DNA of 64,000 nucleotides from an uncultured Gemmatimonadales bacterium (GTDB taxonomy: Bacteria > Gemmatimonadota > Gemmatimonadetes > Gemmatimonadales > GWC2-71-9), in contig CAVOGR010000001.1 in the NCBI GenBank assembly GCA_963695555.1, positions 1,077,716 to 1,141,715 on the forward strand. Reading direction: 5' to 3'. Position 1 is the stretch's first letter; each line of letters begins with the position of its first letter. Below, one piece after another: positions 51,524 to 61,324 of this stretch. The translations under genes and the position numbers were made by a program. The notes beneath the pieces were generated by a model that had not been told where the DNA came from, did not search any database, and was given only the letters and a program-made list of their open reading frames with translations.

Positions 51524-54500
51524 ATGCCCATGCTTGCCCCCAGCCCACGCCACTCATCCCTGGCTTCCCTCCGGCGTGCCCGCGCTCTTCCCTGGATGAT
51601 CCTCGGCTTTGCGGGCCTGTGGAGCTGCGGCGAGGACAAGATGGGCCCGCCGCCCAACCCGACGGGCATTCAGGCCAGCGCCGGAGACGGTCAGACCGCA
51701 GCGGCCGGAATGGCGGTGGCCATCGCGCCGTCCGTCCTGGTCACCGGCGCCAATGGCCCTATCTCGGGCGTTTCGGTGGTCTTCGCCGTGGCTTCGGGCA
51801 ACGGGTCGGTCACCGGAGGAAGCGCCACCTCCAACTCCAATGGCATCGCGGCCGTGGGCGGCTGGGTTCTCGGCACTCTGGCTGGGCCTAATACCCTGAC
51901 GGCCACCGTCACCGGCCTTCCCGCAGTGACCTTCACGGCCCAGGCCACGGCAGGCGCCCCAGCCGGCTTGGCCGAGAGCGCCGGGAACAACCAGACCGCC
52001 ACGGTGGGAATGCCGGTCGCGCTCAGTCCAGCCGTTCGAGTGACCGACCAGTTCGGCAACGCGGTCGAGAACGTCTCGGTTGCCTTCACCGTGACCGGCG
52101 GCGGGGGGAGCGTCGCGGGTGGCACTGCCACCACCAATGCGGGTGGCGTTGCCACCGCCGGCGCCTGGACCCTCGGCACCACCGCGGGTCCGAACGAGCT
52201 GACCGCAACCGTGAGCGGGGCTCCCAGCTTCGTCTTCACGGCTACCGGTACCGCGGACATGGCGGCCGCCATCGCCGTCAACGCCGGCGACAACCAGAAC
52301 GCCCCGGCCGCGACCGCCGTGCCGGTGGCGCCGTCGGTGCTTCTGACCGACGCCAATGGCAACCCGGTGCCTTCGGCCACGGTGGTGTTCTCCGTCGCAT
52401 CGGGCGGCGGGAGCGTCACCAACGGGACCACCCAAACTGACGCGAACGGGATAGCGACGGTGGGCAGCTGGACCCTTGGCAGCGGGCTCGGCACCAACAC
52501 GCTCGACGCGACGACCGGAAGTCTCACGCCGGTCACCTTCACGGCCACGGCGACGCAGGGTCCGGCCGCCATCGTCTCAATCGATGCCGGCGACGGGCAG
52601 AGTGCCACGGTCGGAACCGCGGTGACGACAGCCCCCAGGGTGCTGGTGACCGACCTTGGCGGGAACCCGGTCTCCGGCGAACCGGTGACCTTTGCGGTGG
52701 CATCGGGTGGCGGGAGCGCCACCGGCGCCTCGGCAACCACCGATGGCGCCGGCCTGGCGAGCGTCGGCAGTTGGACGCTCGGCACCACGGCAGGCTCCAA
52801 CACGCTGACGGCGACGGTGAGCGGCCTCACGCCCGTCACCTTCACCGCCACCGGCACGGCCGGTGCGCCGGCAACGATGGTACTGAATGCCGGTGACGGG
52901 CAGACTGCGACCGCCGGTACGGCAGTACCCATCGATCCGTCGGTCCTGGTCGAAGATGGCAATGGCAATCCGGTGCCAGGTGCCGCTGTCACCTTCACGC
53001 CGACATCGGGCGGCGGCAGCGTCACCGGTTCTCCGGCCACGACCAACGCGACCGGCATCGCGACCGTGGGCAGCTGGGTTCTGGGCAGTGGACCGGGCGC
53101 CAACACGCTCGACGCCACATTGGGGTCGTTACCGGCGGTGACCTTTTCGGCAACCGCGGTAGGTGGCGCGGCCAACATCGTGGTACAGGCCGGCGACGGC
53201 CAGAGTAGGACGGTGGGACAGTCAGTAACGACCGCTCTGTCGGTATTGGTCACCGATGGCGGGTCCAATCCGGTCCAGGGTGTGGCGGTCACGTTTGCTG
53301 TGGCGAGCGGCGGTGGGAGCATCACCGGAGCCAGCACCACGACCAATGCGAGCGGCATCGCGACGGTGGGCAGCTGGACCCTCGGCACCACGGCCGGTAC
53401 CAACACACTCACGGCCACGGCCCAGGGGAGCGGCATCAACGGCAACCCGGTCACGTTTACCGCCACCGGTACGGCCGATGCGGCCGCTAGCATCGCGGTG
53501 AATGACGGCGACGGCCAATCGGCGCTCCAGGGAACGGCCGTCCCAATCGCGCCGTCAGCGATCGTCCGGGATCAGTTCTCGAACCCGGTTTCGGGAGTTC
53601 AGGTCGATTTTCAGGTGGTGGTCGGCGGCGGTAGCGTCACCGGTTCCAGCCAGGTCACCAACGCGAATGGCATAGCGCGGGTCGGTAACTGGACTCTCGG
53701 CGCTGCGGCCGGGCTCAACTCGCTCGAGGCCACGGCGCAGGGGACGGGCATCGCCGGCAATCCTGCTCTGTTCTCGGCAACCGGGACGGCCTCTGCGTAT
53801 GACATCGTCGTGCGATTCTCGACGGGAACCACCCCAACGCCCTCGCAGCAGCAACTGTTCGTCAGTGCCGCCGCTCGTTGGGAGCAGCTCATCATTGGTG
53901 ATGTACCCGATGGTCAGCTGACGCTCTCGGCCGGATCCTGCGCCGGTGCTGCGTACCCAGCGCTCAACGAGAGTCTGGATGACATCATCATTTACGCGAC
54001 CGCGGTTCCCATTGATGGGGTGGGTGGCATCCTTGGCCAGGCAGGTCCCTGTTTCGTCCGATCGGGCAGCCTCCTTCCCGTCCTCGGCGGCATGCAATTC
54101 GATACCGCGGACCTCGCGAATCTGGAGAGCCAGGGCAGGCTGCTCGACGTGATTCTCCATGAGATGGGACACGTACTGGGGTATGGGACACTCTGGAGCT
54201 CGCTCGGGTTGCTGCAGAATCCTTCGTGTGGAGGATTCGGCTCGACCTGTAACCCCGACTTGCCGGGGGCCGATACCCACCTGAACGGCACCAACGCAAT
54301 TGCGTCATTTGATAACGTGGGCGGCACGGCCTGGACCCTCGGCTCTAAGGTGCCGGTTGAAAACACCCAGGGAGGCCCCGGGACCCGCGACAGCCACTGG
54401 CGCGAATCGACCTTCGGCAATGAGTTGATGACCGGTTTCATCGGCGGCGGCTCCAACCCGTTGAGCGAGGTGACCACCGCCTCCATGCAGGATATCGGGT

Positions 54501-54667
54501 ACCAGGTCAACCTGGGCAGTTCGGATAACTACACACTGGCCAATCCCAATGCGCTCGTCGCACCAGCGCTCGCCGGCAGCATCGAGCTCGAGGATGATGT
54601 TTATCGCGGACCCCTGGTGGTCATCGATAGGAACGGGCGGGTGGTACGAGTCCTCCAACCTCGATAA
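51524..54667 (+). CDS. Large surface lipoprotein: 7 invasin/Big-like Ig repeats plus a C-terminal leishmanolysin-like (M8) zinc metallopeptidase; start uncertain (51434-51596)
   Basis: GLWSC lipobox; seven ~100-aa repeats starting G(D/N)(G/N)Q; DGVGGILGQAGP, HEMGHVLG, SHW.E and ELMTG. Confidence 0.88.
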   Translation: MPMLAPSPRHSSLASLRRARALPWMILGFAGLWSCGEDKMGPPPNPTGIQASAGDGQTAAAGMAVAIAPSVLVTGANGPISGVSVVFAVASGNGSVTGGSATSNSNGIAAVGGWVLGTLAGPNTLTATVTGLPAVTFTAQATAGAPAGLAESAGNNQTATVGMPVALSPAVRVTDQFGNAVENVSVAFTVTGGGGSVAGGTATTNAGGVATAGAWTLGTTAGPNELTATVSGAPSFVFTATGTADMAAAIAVNAGDNQNAPAATAVPVAPSVLLTDANGNPVPSATVVFSVASGGGSVTNGTTQTDANGIATVGSWTLGSGLGTNTLDATTGSLTPVTFTATATQGPAAIVSIDAGDGQSATVGTAVTTAPRVLVTDLGGNPVSGEPVTFAVASGGGSATGASATTDGAGLASVGSWTLGTTAGSNTLTATVSGLTPVTFTATGTAGAPATMVLNAGDGQTATAGTAVPIDPSVLVEDGNGNPVPGAAVTFTPTSGGGSVTGSPATTNATGIATVGSWVLGSGPGANTLDATLGSLPAVTFSATAVGGAANIVVQAGDGQSRTVGQSVTTALSVLVTDGGSNPVQGVAVTFAVASGGGSITGASTTTNASGIATVGSWTLGTTAGTNTLTATAQGSGINGNPVTFTATGTADAAASIAVNDGDGQSALQGTAVPIAPSAIVRDQFSNPVSGVQVDFQVVVGGGSVTGSSQVTNANGIARVGNWTLGAAAGLNSLEATAQGTGIAGNPALFSATGTASAYDIVVRFSTGTTPTPSQQQLFVSAAARWEQLIIGDVPDGQLTLSAGSCAGAAYPALNESLDDIIIYATAVPIDGVGGILGQAGPCFVRSGSLLPVLGGMQFDTADLANLESQGRLLDVILHEMGHVLGYGTLWSSLGLLQNPSCGGFGSTCNPDLPGADTHLNGTNAIASFDNVGGTAWTLGSKVPVENTQGGPGTRDSHWRESTFGNELMTGFIGGGSNPLSEVTTASMQDIGYQVNLGSSDNYTLANPNALVAPALAGSIELEDDVYRGPLVVIDRNGRVVRVLQPR

Positions 54668-54690
54668 CCGAGTCTTTTCTCGAGATGGTG

Positions 54691-54724
54691 GCGGCCCGGC
54701 AGGGTTACCTTCCTGCCGGGCCGC
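54691..54724. terminator. Perfect 13-bp inverted repeat, putative terminator or mRNA-stabilising hairpin
   Basis: GCGGCCCGGCAGG-N8-CCTGCCGGGCCGC, 23 nt after the protease stop; no U-tract. Confidence 0.5.
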
Positions 54725-54781
54725 AAATATGTTCCCCTTCGCCGTCAGCAAACGATCGTCTCCCCATCCGGGCGTACTTCG

Positions 54782-55468
54782 TTGACAGACGCTGGCACTC
54801 TCCTTCGCATCGACCATCTCGCCCGGGTTGTCCACGACGTCCGGGTGGTGGATGACGTCTCGCTCGAGGTCGAGCGGGGCGATATCCTCGCCGTCGTCGG
54901 GCCCAGTGGAGCGGGGAAGTCATCATTTCTCCGGCTGCTCAACCGGCTGGACGAGCCCACCAGCGGCACGGTCTATCTCAACGGGCGCGACTACACCACC
55001 ATCCCGCCCCGGGAGCTGCGGCACCAGATCGGGATGGTCATGCAATCGGCCTTTCTCTTTCCCGGAACCATCGCCCAGAACATTTCCTATGGCCCGGCCC
55101 AACGCGGCATCGAGCTGTCATCCGCTCGGATCGACTCGCTGCTCAGTGACATGGGTTTGGCAGGACGCGGGAAGGGAGACGTGGCACTGTTGTCGGGCGG
55201 CGAGGCACAGCGGGTGGCCCTCGCGCGGGCGTTGGCCAACGAACCGCAGCTGTTGCTGCTGGACGAACCCACCTCGGCGCTGGATGAGACGGCACGAAAG
55301 GAGATCGAAGTGTTGATCGGCACAATTCTCCGCGAGCACCGCCTGGCCTGTGTCATCGTCACCCACGATCGGGCGCAGGCCCGCCGCATCGCGACGCGCG
55401 TCATGGTCATGGAGCGCGGCCGCCTGACGGCACTGGGCTCGGTGGAGGAGGTATTACATGCTCGCTAA
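54782..55468 (+). CDS. fetA: ABC transporter ATP-binding protein (FetA/YbbL-like)
   Basis: GPSGAGKS..LRLLNRL, LSGGEAQR and LDEPTSALD; paired with a UPF0014 permease. Confidence 0.75.
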   Translation: MTDAGTLLRIDHLARVVHDVRVVDDVSLEVERGDILAVVGPSGAGKSSFLRLLNRLDEPTSGTVYLNGRDYTTIPPRELRHQIGMVMQSAFLFPGTIAQNISYGPAQRGIELSSARIDSLLSDMGLAGRGKGDVALLSGGEAQRVALARALANEPQLLLLDEPTSALDETARKEIEVLIGTILREHRLACVIVTHDRAQARRIATRVMVMERGRLTALGSVEEVLHAR

Positions 55469-56246
55469 CCTGTTCCAAGACACGCTGAGTCTCGGCATCG
55501 CCCAGGCCGTCGCCGCGGCACTCCTCGCTATCCTGGCCATGTGGGTCGCGCGGACACAGCGGATCCACCTCGAGCGAGAAACCCTCGTCGCACTCGCCCG
55601 CGGCATCGTCCAGATCGTGGCGGTCGGCTCGATTCTGGTGTTTGTCTTCAGGGGGCCCACGTGGACCGGCGCCATCGTGCTCGCCATCATGATGGCGGTG
55701 GCCGCCCTGATCTCGGCCCGGCGGAGCCGCGAGCTACCGGGGGTCTACCGAGTTGCCTTCATCAGCATCGTGCTCGGCGCCGGTGCGGTGATCGCGACCA
55801 TGACCTCGCTCGGCGTCATTGCGCCGACCTTGACGTCGCTCATCCCAATCGGCAGCATGATCATCGCCAGCACCATGAACGCGAGTGCCTTGGCGCTGGA
55901 GCGGTTCAAGGCCGAGTTGCTGGCCCACGTGGGGCAGATCGAGGCTGGTCTCGCGCTGGGCGCCGCACCGTCGGCAACGGTGGGCCCGTACCTCCAGGCC
56001 GCGGTGACGGCGAGCCTCATCCCGCAGATCAACTCGCTGCGCTCGCTGGGCATCGTGTGGATTCCAGGGCTGATGGCAGGCATGGTTCTGTCAGGCACCG
56101 ATCCGCTGTATGCCGCCGTGTATCAGTTCGTCGTGATCGCCATGATCTTCGGCGCCTCTAGCGTCACCTCGGTCACGGCAGCACTCTTGGTTCGGCCTCG
56201 GGTCTTTACCGCGGCCGACCAGCTGATCCTGAGGCCGCGGGGGTAG
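55458..56246 (+). CDS. fetB: ABC transporter permease FetB/YbbM (UPF0014)
   Basis: RGIVQI..VG, IPIGSMII, IEAGLALGA and GIVWIPGLMAG..LSG.DP..A..YQ. Confidence 0.85.
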   Translation: MLANLFQDTLSLGIAQAVAAALLAILAMWVARTQRIHLERETLVALARGIVQIVAVGSILVFVFRGPTWTGAIVLAIMMAVAALISARRSRELPGVYRVAFISIVLGAGAVIATMTSLGVIAPTLTSLIPIGSMIIASTMNASALALERFKAELLAHVGQIEAGLALGAAPSATVGPYLQAAVTASLIPQINSLRSLGIVWIPGLMAGMVLSGTDPLYAAVYQFVVIAMIFGASSVTSVTAALLVRPRVFTAADQLILRPRG

Positions 56247-56406
56247 CGGCCGGAGGCAGGACTGTGAACCTTTCTTCACCGGGCTTGACGCACAGCTTCA
56301 CCCTGAGCTGGGCAAATTGAAAGGACCTGGGAAGGGCACGAGACGGCCGTACCCGCGCCGACAGAGCGTCCGGCGCCAGGAGGCCTGAGACACGATGGAG
56401 GACGCC

Positions 56407-57168
56407 ATGGGTCGGAAGATCTTGTTGCCGCTCGACGGATCCTCGTTTGCCGAGGCGGCGGCACCGTACGCGGTTTCGATTGCCGAGAAGTCCGAGGCGG
56501 AGATTACCCTGGCCTTGGTCCATCCGTCATTGCCGGCTGTCACGGAGTCGTCACACCCCGAGCTGATCGAATGGGCGCGGCGCGGAGAGCAGGGGTACCT
56601 GGACGATGCGGCCACGCGGCTATTCGAAGGCACCGACATCGCGGTCACGAAAACACTCCTCACCGGCGACCCCGCCGGCCGCGCTAGTCAAGCACGCGGC
56701 CGACCAGCGGGTCGACCTGGTCGTCATGTCTACCAAAGGGTGGGGCCCCGCCAACCGGCTCTGGATCGGTAGTGTGGCCGACCGGCTGGTGCGGGAGCTC
56801 ACCCTGCCGCTCCTTATCATCCGCCCGAAAGCCGAAGGGGGTAAAGCTCCGCGGGCTGCGGCCGACGCGGTGATTCGGCGGATTCTGCTGCCACTCGACC
56901 AGTCGCGCTTCAGCGAGGGGGTGCTCGAGGGAGCGGCCATGCTTGCGGAGATCTTCTCGGCGGCGGTGATCCCGCTCCACGTCGTCAGGGCCCGTTCGGT
57001 GTCGGCCGGCCTTCCCTTACGGCCAAGCCTGGCGCCGACGAGCTTTCCACTCGGCCTCGGCACTGAAGCCGCCGCAACCTACCTGCGCAACATCGCGAGC
57101 GACCTCCGGGTACGCGGGGTCGACGTGGACACGCCCGAGGTAGTGCAAGGGGGCGACGTCGCGAGCAT
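56407..57168 (+). pseudogene. Tandem universal stress protein, frameshifted (about 56677) and truncated at about 57168
   Basis: KILLPLDGS in one frame; DLVVMST.G..IGSVADRLVR..P and a second RILLPLDQS in another frame. Ends abruptly at the IS1182 fragment. Confidence 0.85.
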
Positions 57169-57625
57169 CCAGCGGTAGACATCGTGCTCCTGGATCAGCC
57201 GGGCGATCGCCCGCGCGCTGCCCACCCCGTCGAGGGTCGCGTACAGCCACAGGGCGAACAGGATTTCCGGGGCGATGGCGGTGCGCCCGCTGCCACCTTC
57301 CAACGCGCGGATGTCAGCATACATGCAGCTCAAGTCGGCCCGCTCGACCCACGCCCACACCAGACGCGCACGGTGCCCGTCAGGCAGCAGGGACTCCAGG
57401 TCGCAGGGACGCAGCTCCAGCTGCGTTCGGTTGGGCAGCAGAACCCGCGCGACGCCCGGCGCTTTGCTCGCAGCGGGTGCCTGGGGGAGGTTCGGGTCGT
57501 CTTCGAACAGCCTCGATTGCAGTTCGTCGCTCATCGTTGGGTCGTCGCCGGGTGCCACTTCGATGGGGTCATTCTACCTCGCCAGGGGGGTTCCGGCGAC
57601 GTGGGAGGTTTCTTCACAGACTCTC
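57167..57625 (-). mobile_element. IS1182-family left-end remnant with truncated transposase (ATG at 57534)
   Basis: DLESLLPDGHRAR.VW..V..P.ILFALWLYAT.DGVGSAR.IARL..HDVYRW; putative end GAGTCTGTGAAGAAAC near 57625. Confidence 0.82.
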
Positions 57626-58695
57626 AGGCGCAGCTGCTCAGGGTCGCTCGCATCGACCAGGCGCCAAATCGGCCCGAACTTGACGGCGCAACACCACCGC
57701 ACGACGTGCCCGGCTCCAACCCTGTAACCGCAGGCTCGTCTCTGCCCCTTGCCAGCCCTGTCCGGCATTGGCCCAGGACGCCCCGCGCATGAGACGCTCG
57801 ATGGTCTTCTTCACCCCTGTGGTCAGGCGCAACTTGAACAGGAAGGCAATCCCTTCCTGCTCAGCCCGGGCCATGTTCGCCTCGCTGCCCCAGTCACGAT
57901 CCCCGCGCAACAGCGCCGGCCAGTGCGCCCGCGGCACACGCCCGAGCAGCTCCCACAGCCCGGGGGCGCTGTACTTGGAGGCGGTGCGGTTGCCGTCCTG
58001 AACCTCCACCTCCAGCACCAGACGCAAATTGGCGATGAGGTAGGTGTGGTAGCTGTGGGATGGCCGCCCCGGCTTATGCGGGTTGTACCCCTTCACCGCT
58101 CCTTCCTGGTGGCCATAGAGCGGCTTGACCGTGACGTCGGCGTCGAGGATCCAGGGCTCACCGAGAATCGGCCCCACGCAGAAGCCGAGATGATCCTGGA
58201 GCCACTTGACCCCCGCGTCCTCATCGATCTTGGCGAGGTTGCGTCTGACCGAATCCTCGCTCACCACCGTACGCATTCCCAGCAACGGCGGATTGATCGT
58301 ATCGTTACGAACCCCATTGATATGGGCATAACGCTGGTGTCCGGCGAGGATCGACAGCACCGTCGTGCCCAGCACGTCGCGCTTGCTCGGGGCATTGGGG
58401 CTGCGCAGATGCAGGGGGCAGTCCCTCACCCACGGATCGAACAGTCCGCTGACCTGCAGAAACTCGGTGAAGAACGGCAGCTGCCCCAGCGGGGTCACCG
58501 CCGCCTGCGCATCCCACTCAATGTGAACGCGTCCGGCGAAGGTGTCCACGGGAACGGGACCGAGCACCGGCCCCAACGCTCTGCCTTCGCTCTCACCCAC
58601 AGGGTGAACCGCTTGATTGGTCATAGGTGCCTCCATGCCCCTGTATTTCAGCCAGTTACGAGTCTGCGGGCAAGGTCAAACTGCCGCTTTTCGGA
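57626..58695 (-). mobile_element. IS1380-family-like element; transposase (58636 to 57626) frameshifted near 57662 and interrupted by IS1182
   Basis: VTPLGQLPFF.EFL, WILDADVTVKPLYGHQEGA.KGYNP.KPGRPSH and LRGD; putative end CCGAAAAGCGGCAGTT near 58694. Confidence 0.8.
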
Positions 58696-59127
58696 TAAAA
58701 GTACCCCTTCGTAAGCGATCACGAGCCGCCCGAGCATCTAGGTCTACCGTTAGCCGAAACCGCCAGTTCCCTACTGTCCGGCTCTGGGTAAGCTTGGGCG
58801 ACGGAGTGGCGTTCGCCGTGAGAGGCTGCTCATCCGCAGGGAGTGGTTGGTTCTGCCTCAAGTATGGCCTGGCAGCGCCAGAAAATGCAGGTGGAGAGGA
58901 CAGTCGCTGGGGGAGCAGCAGCGCCTGTCCCTGGCCGTCAGAGATACTCCCGCACAACACTAATTTCGGCGGGCGATTGGCGGGCGGAGCGGCGAGCCCG
59001 CAACCTTGCCCTCAAGCCCGTCCGCCATGCCAGCCGTGGGGGTGCTGCAAGGGCGCCACCGTGAGGGGTTTACTGGCGAAGAGGACCGACCGGTATTCCG
59101 TGACTTCGGGTCCAAGCGGATGGCCGG

Positions 59128-59170
59128 CTGGGTGGCCGCGGGCAGTTGCCCGCTCGCGGCTCCCACAGAT
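59128..59170 (-). ncRNA. 3'-terminal remnant of a group II intron (end of domain V plus domain VI)
   Basis: Minus strand ATCTGTGGGAGCCGCGAGCGG-GCAA-CTGCCCGCGGCC-A-CCCAG: DVI hairpin with a GNRA loop and bulged branch A. Confidence 0.65.
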
Positions 59171-59633
59171 TCTGCCGTTGACGTGTCCGAACTGCGGTGC
59201 GGACATGCGCATCGTCGCCTTCATCACCGAGGCTGCCCCGGTGCGGCGCATTCTCGCCCACATCGGCGAGCCGACCGAGCCGCCGCCCATCGCCCCAGCA
59301 CGCGGACCGCCAGCATGGGACGACGAGCAAGTGCAGCTCCCGGACTGGGAAGCGATCGCCCAGCCGGAACCTGAGTACGAGCTCGATCAGCGGGTGCAGT
59401 GGTAGTCCACGCCGCCGTGCGGTTTTGTGCGCGACACGCACACCCGCGTGCCCCCGTTGTCGCAAATGCGGAATTCAACGCCCTCCGTAACCCTGCCGCA
59501 GGTCGGGACGGCCGATTCTTACCTACCTCCCCGCTTTGCGCCTTCCCAAGCGGCCTTGCCGAAGCGCCTTCGATGGTAGCGCCCCGCTCAGATCAGCCTT
59601 AGGGGGCCTTAGGGCGGTTGGATTTCTCTATCC
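59169..59633 (+). mobile_element. IS91/ISCR-family remnant: transposase C-terminus (59169-59405) plus oriIS end
   Basis: ILPLTCPNCGADMRIVAFITEA..VRRILAHIGEP..PP.IAPARGPP.W..AQPEPEYELDQR; GCGGTTGGATTTCTCTATCC at 59614-59633 resembles ISCR oriIS. Confidence 0.82.
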
Positions 59634-59645
59634 CTGAGCAGGTCC

Positions 59646-59945
59646 ATGAATCCGTATCTCCATCCCATCTGGAGCCAGTGGATACGAGGCGCCCACCATG
59701 GCGGTGCCCGCGCACTCCAGAACCTGGCTCTGCACCTCCACAACTCCCGGGAGTGGCCGGTGGACCTCAGCTACCTGTGCTCGATGTCCGACGACCACTG
59801 GGAGGCCGCGCTGGCCATGATCCTGGACTACCGGGAGAACGGCGAGAACAACGCCGCGTTCATGACCATGTGCGAGGAGATCGTCGAGGCGCGGCTGGCG
59901 CAGGCGGAAGCGGATAAGGCGAGGGAAGACGAGACCGATTCCTGA
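59646..59945 (+). CDS. Hypothetical protein (mobile-element type)
   Basis: 99-aa ORF with strong GC3 bias, immediately after oriIS; may be 5'-truncated. Confidence 0.65.
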   Translation: MNPYLHPIWSQWIRGAHHGGARALQNLALHLHNSREWPVDLSYLCSMSDDHWEAALAMILDYRENGENNAAFMTMCEEIVEARLAQAEADKAREDETDS

Positions 59946-60102
59946 TCGGGAGCCGCTGTTGCAGGATCGACAGCCCGCCACCGATTCGCGGTGGCCTGGA
60001 GCGCCCCGATGTTTTGCATGCGAAAATTTTCGCGGGGTCCGGTTGGTGACCAGAGCGGTCCGCCCTATCCCGTTTGTCAGCCACGAGGCCCGGGTTGCCC
60101 AA

Positions 60103-61286
60103 TCAGCCGCCTTCGGTCGTCGCGCCGCTCAGCAATCCAGCCATCTCCCGCAGGCCGATGGCCTCGATGCTCTCGGAGATCGGGTAACGGTCATCGCCCG
60201 CGTGCACGACGAAGGCCTTGGCGGGCTGGATGTCCTCGACCGCCTGGTAGAAGCCGCGCTGGGGCTTGGCCGAGAGGCTGCGCTTGATCTCGACCGCCCA
60301 GGTGCCCGTGCCGTCCTCCGAGCTCCAGGAGCAGGTCGATCTCGGCGCCGGCGGCCGTGCGGTAGAAGCTGGCCTGGGTTCGGCTCGGGGCGGCCGTGAT
60401 CAGGTTCTCGATGACGAAGCCCTCCCAGCTCGGGCCGGAGACGGGGTGCCCGAGCAGATCCTCGAAGGTCTCGATGTTGAGCAGTGCGTGGGTCAGGCCG
60501 CTGTCCCGGACATAGGTCTTCGGGGATTTGACCAGACGCTTGCCCACGTTCGCGTGGAAGGGCGGGAGCCGGCGCACCAGGAGCAGGTCCACCAGCAGGT
60601 CGATGTAGCTGGTCACGGTCGGGGCCGAGACACTCAGGCCCGAGGCCAGGCGCGAGGCGTTGAGCAGGGTGCCTTGGTTGTGCGCCAGCATGGTCCAGAG
60701 GCGTCGCAGGGTCTCTGCCGGGATGCGCGGTCCGAACATCGGCACATCGCGCTCTAGATAGGTGCGGACAAAGCTCTCGCGCAGCTCCAGGCTGTCGCCG
60801 TCCGTGGCCGCCAGGAAGCTATCGGGGAATCCGCCACGCAGCCAGAGCCTGCACGAGGTCGCCGGCGTCTACTTCGCCGATCGTCAGCGGCACGAGGTCG
60901 ACATAGGCGATTCGCCCGGCCAGGGTTTCGCCGGACTGCCGCAGGAGGTCGATGGTCGCCGATCCCAGGAGCAGGAAGCGCCCTGTGCGGTGGCCGGCGC
61001 GCCGGCCGGTGTCGATGATCCCGCGCAGCGCCTCGAACAGGGCAGGGACCCGGTGGATCTCGTCGAGGATGACGAGCTTGTCGGCATGGCTGTCCAGGAA
61101 GAGCACGGGGTCGGAGAGCTTGTCCCTGTCCGCCGTGGCTTCGAGGTCCAGGTAGATCGAAGGCCGAGTCTTGGCGATCTCGTGGGCCAGGGTCGTCTTG
61201 CCGACCTGGCGCGGTCCGATGAGCGCCACCGCGGCCTGGCGCGCCAAGGCAGCTTCGATCTTCGAGTGGACGGTGCGCGGTATCAT
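60103..61286 (-). pseudogene. AAA-family ATPase with DUF4143 / PD-(D/E)xK-like C-terminus; two +1 frameshifts (about 60850 and 60303)
   Basis: GPRQVGKTT, ILDEIH, LLGSA, ETLAGR, LRGGFP, KRLVKSPK.Y.RDSG, G.SWEG and EIDL..WAVEIK, spread over three frames. Confidence 0.88.
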
Positions 61287-61324
61287 CCTTGCAAATTAAA
61301 AGTTTCGTTTTGGATATGCAAGGA
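61286..61324 (-). promoter_or_regulatory. Putative leaderless promoter with a palindromic operator
   Basis: Minus strand TTGCAT-17 bp-TAATTT-6 bp-ATG, bracketed by the inverted repeat TCCTTGCA/TGCAAGGA. Confidence 0.55.

Noticed and set aside
51691..53493. 600-aa antisense ORF with repeats
   Set aside because: Shadow of the Thr/Gly/Ala-rich Ig-repeat gene; stop-free antisense frames are expected at this GC content.
58700..59127. Integron cassette/attC (GTTAGCC near 58749, GCACAAC near 58953)
   Set aside because: No complementary core-site pair with an attC-like fold, no convincing ORF and no integrase. The region is left unassigned.
58617..59405. 262-aa ORF as one real protein
   Set aside because: Only the last ~78 aa match an IS91 transposase tail; the rest runs across an IS end and the intron remnant.
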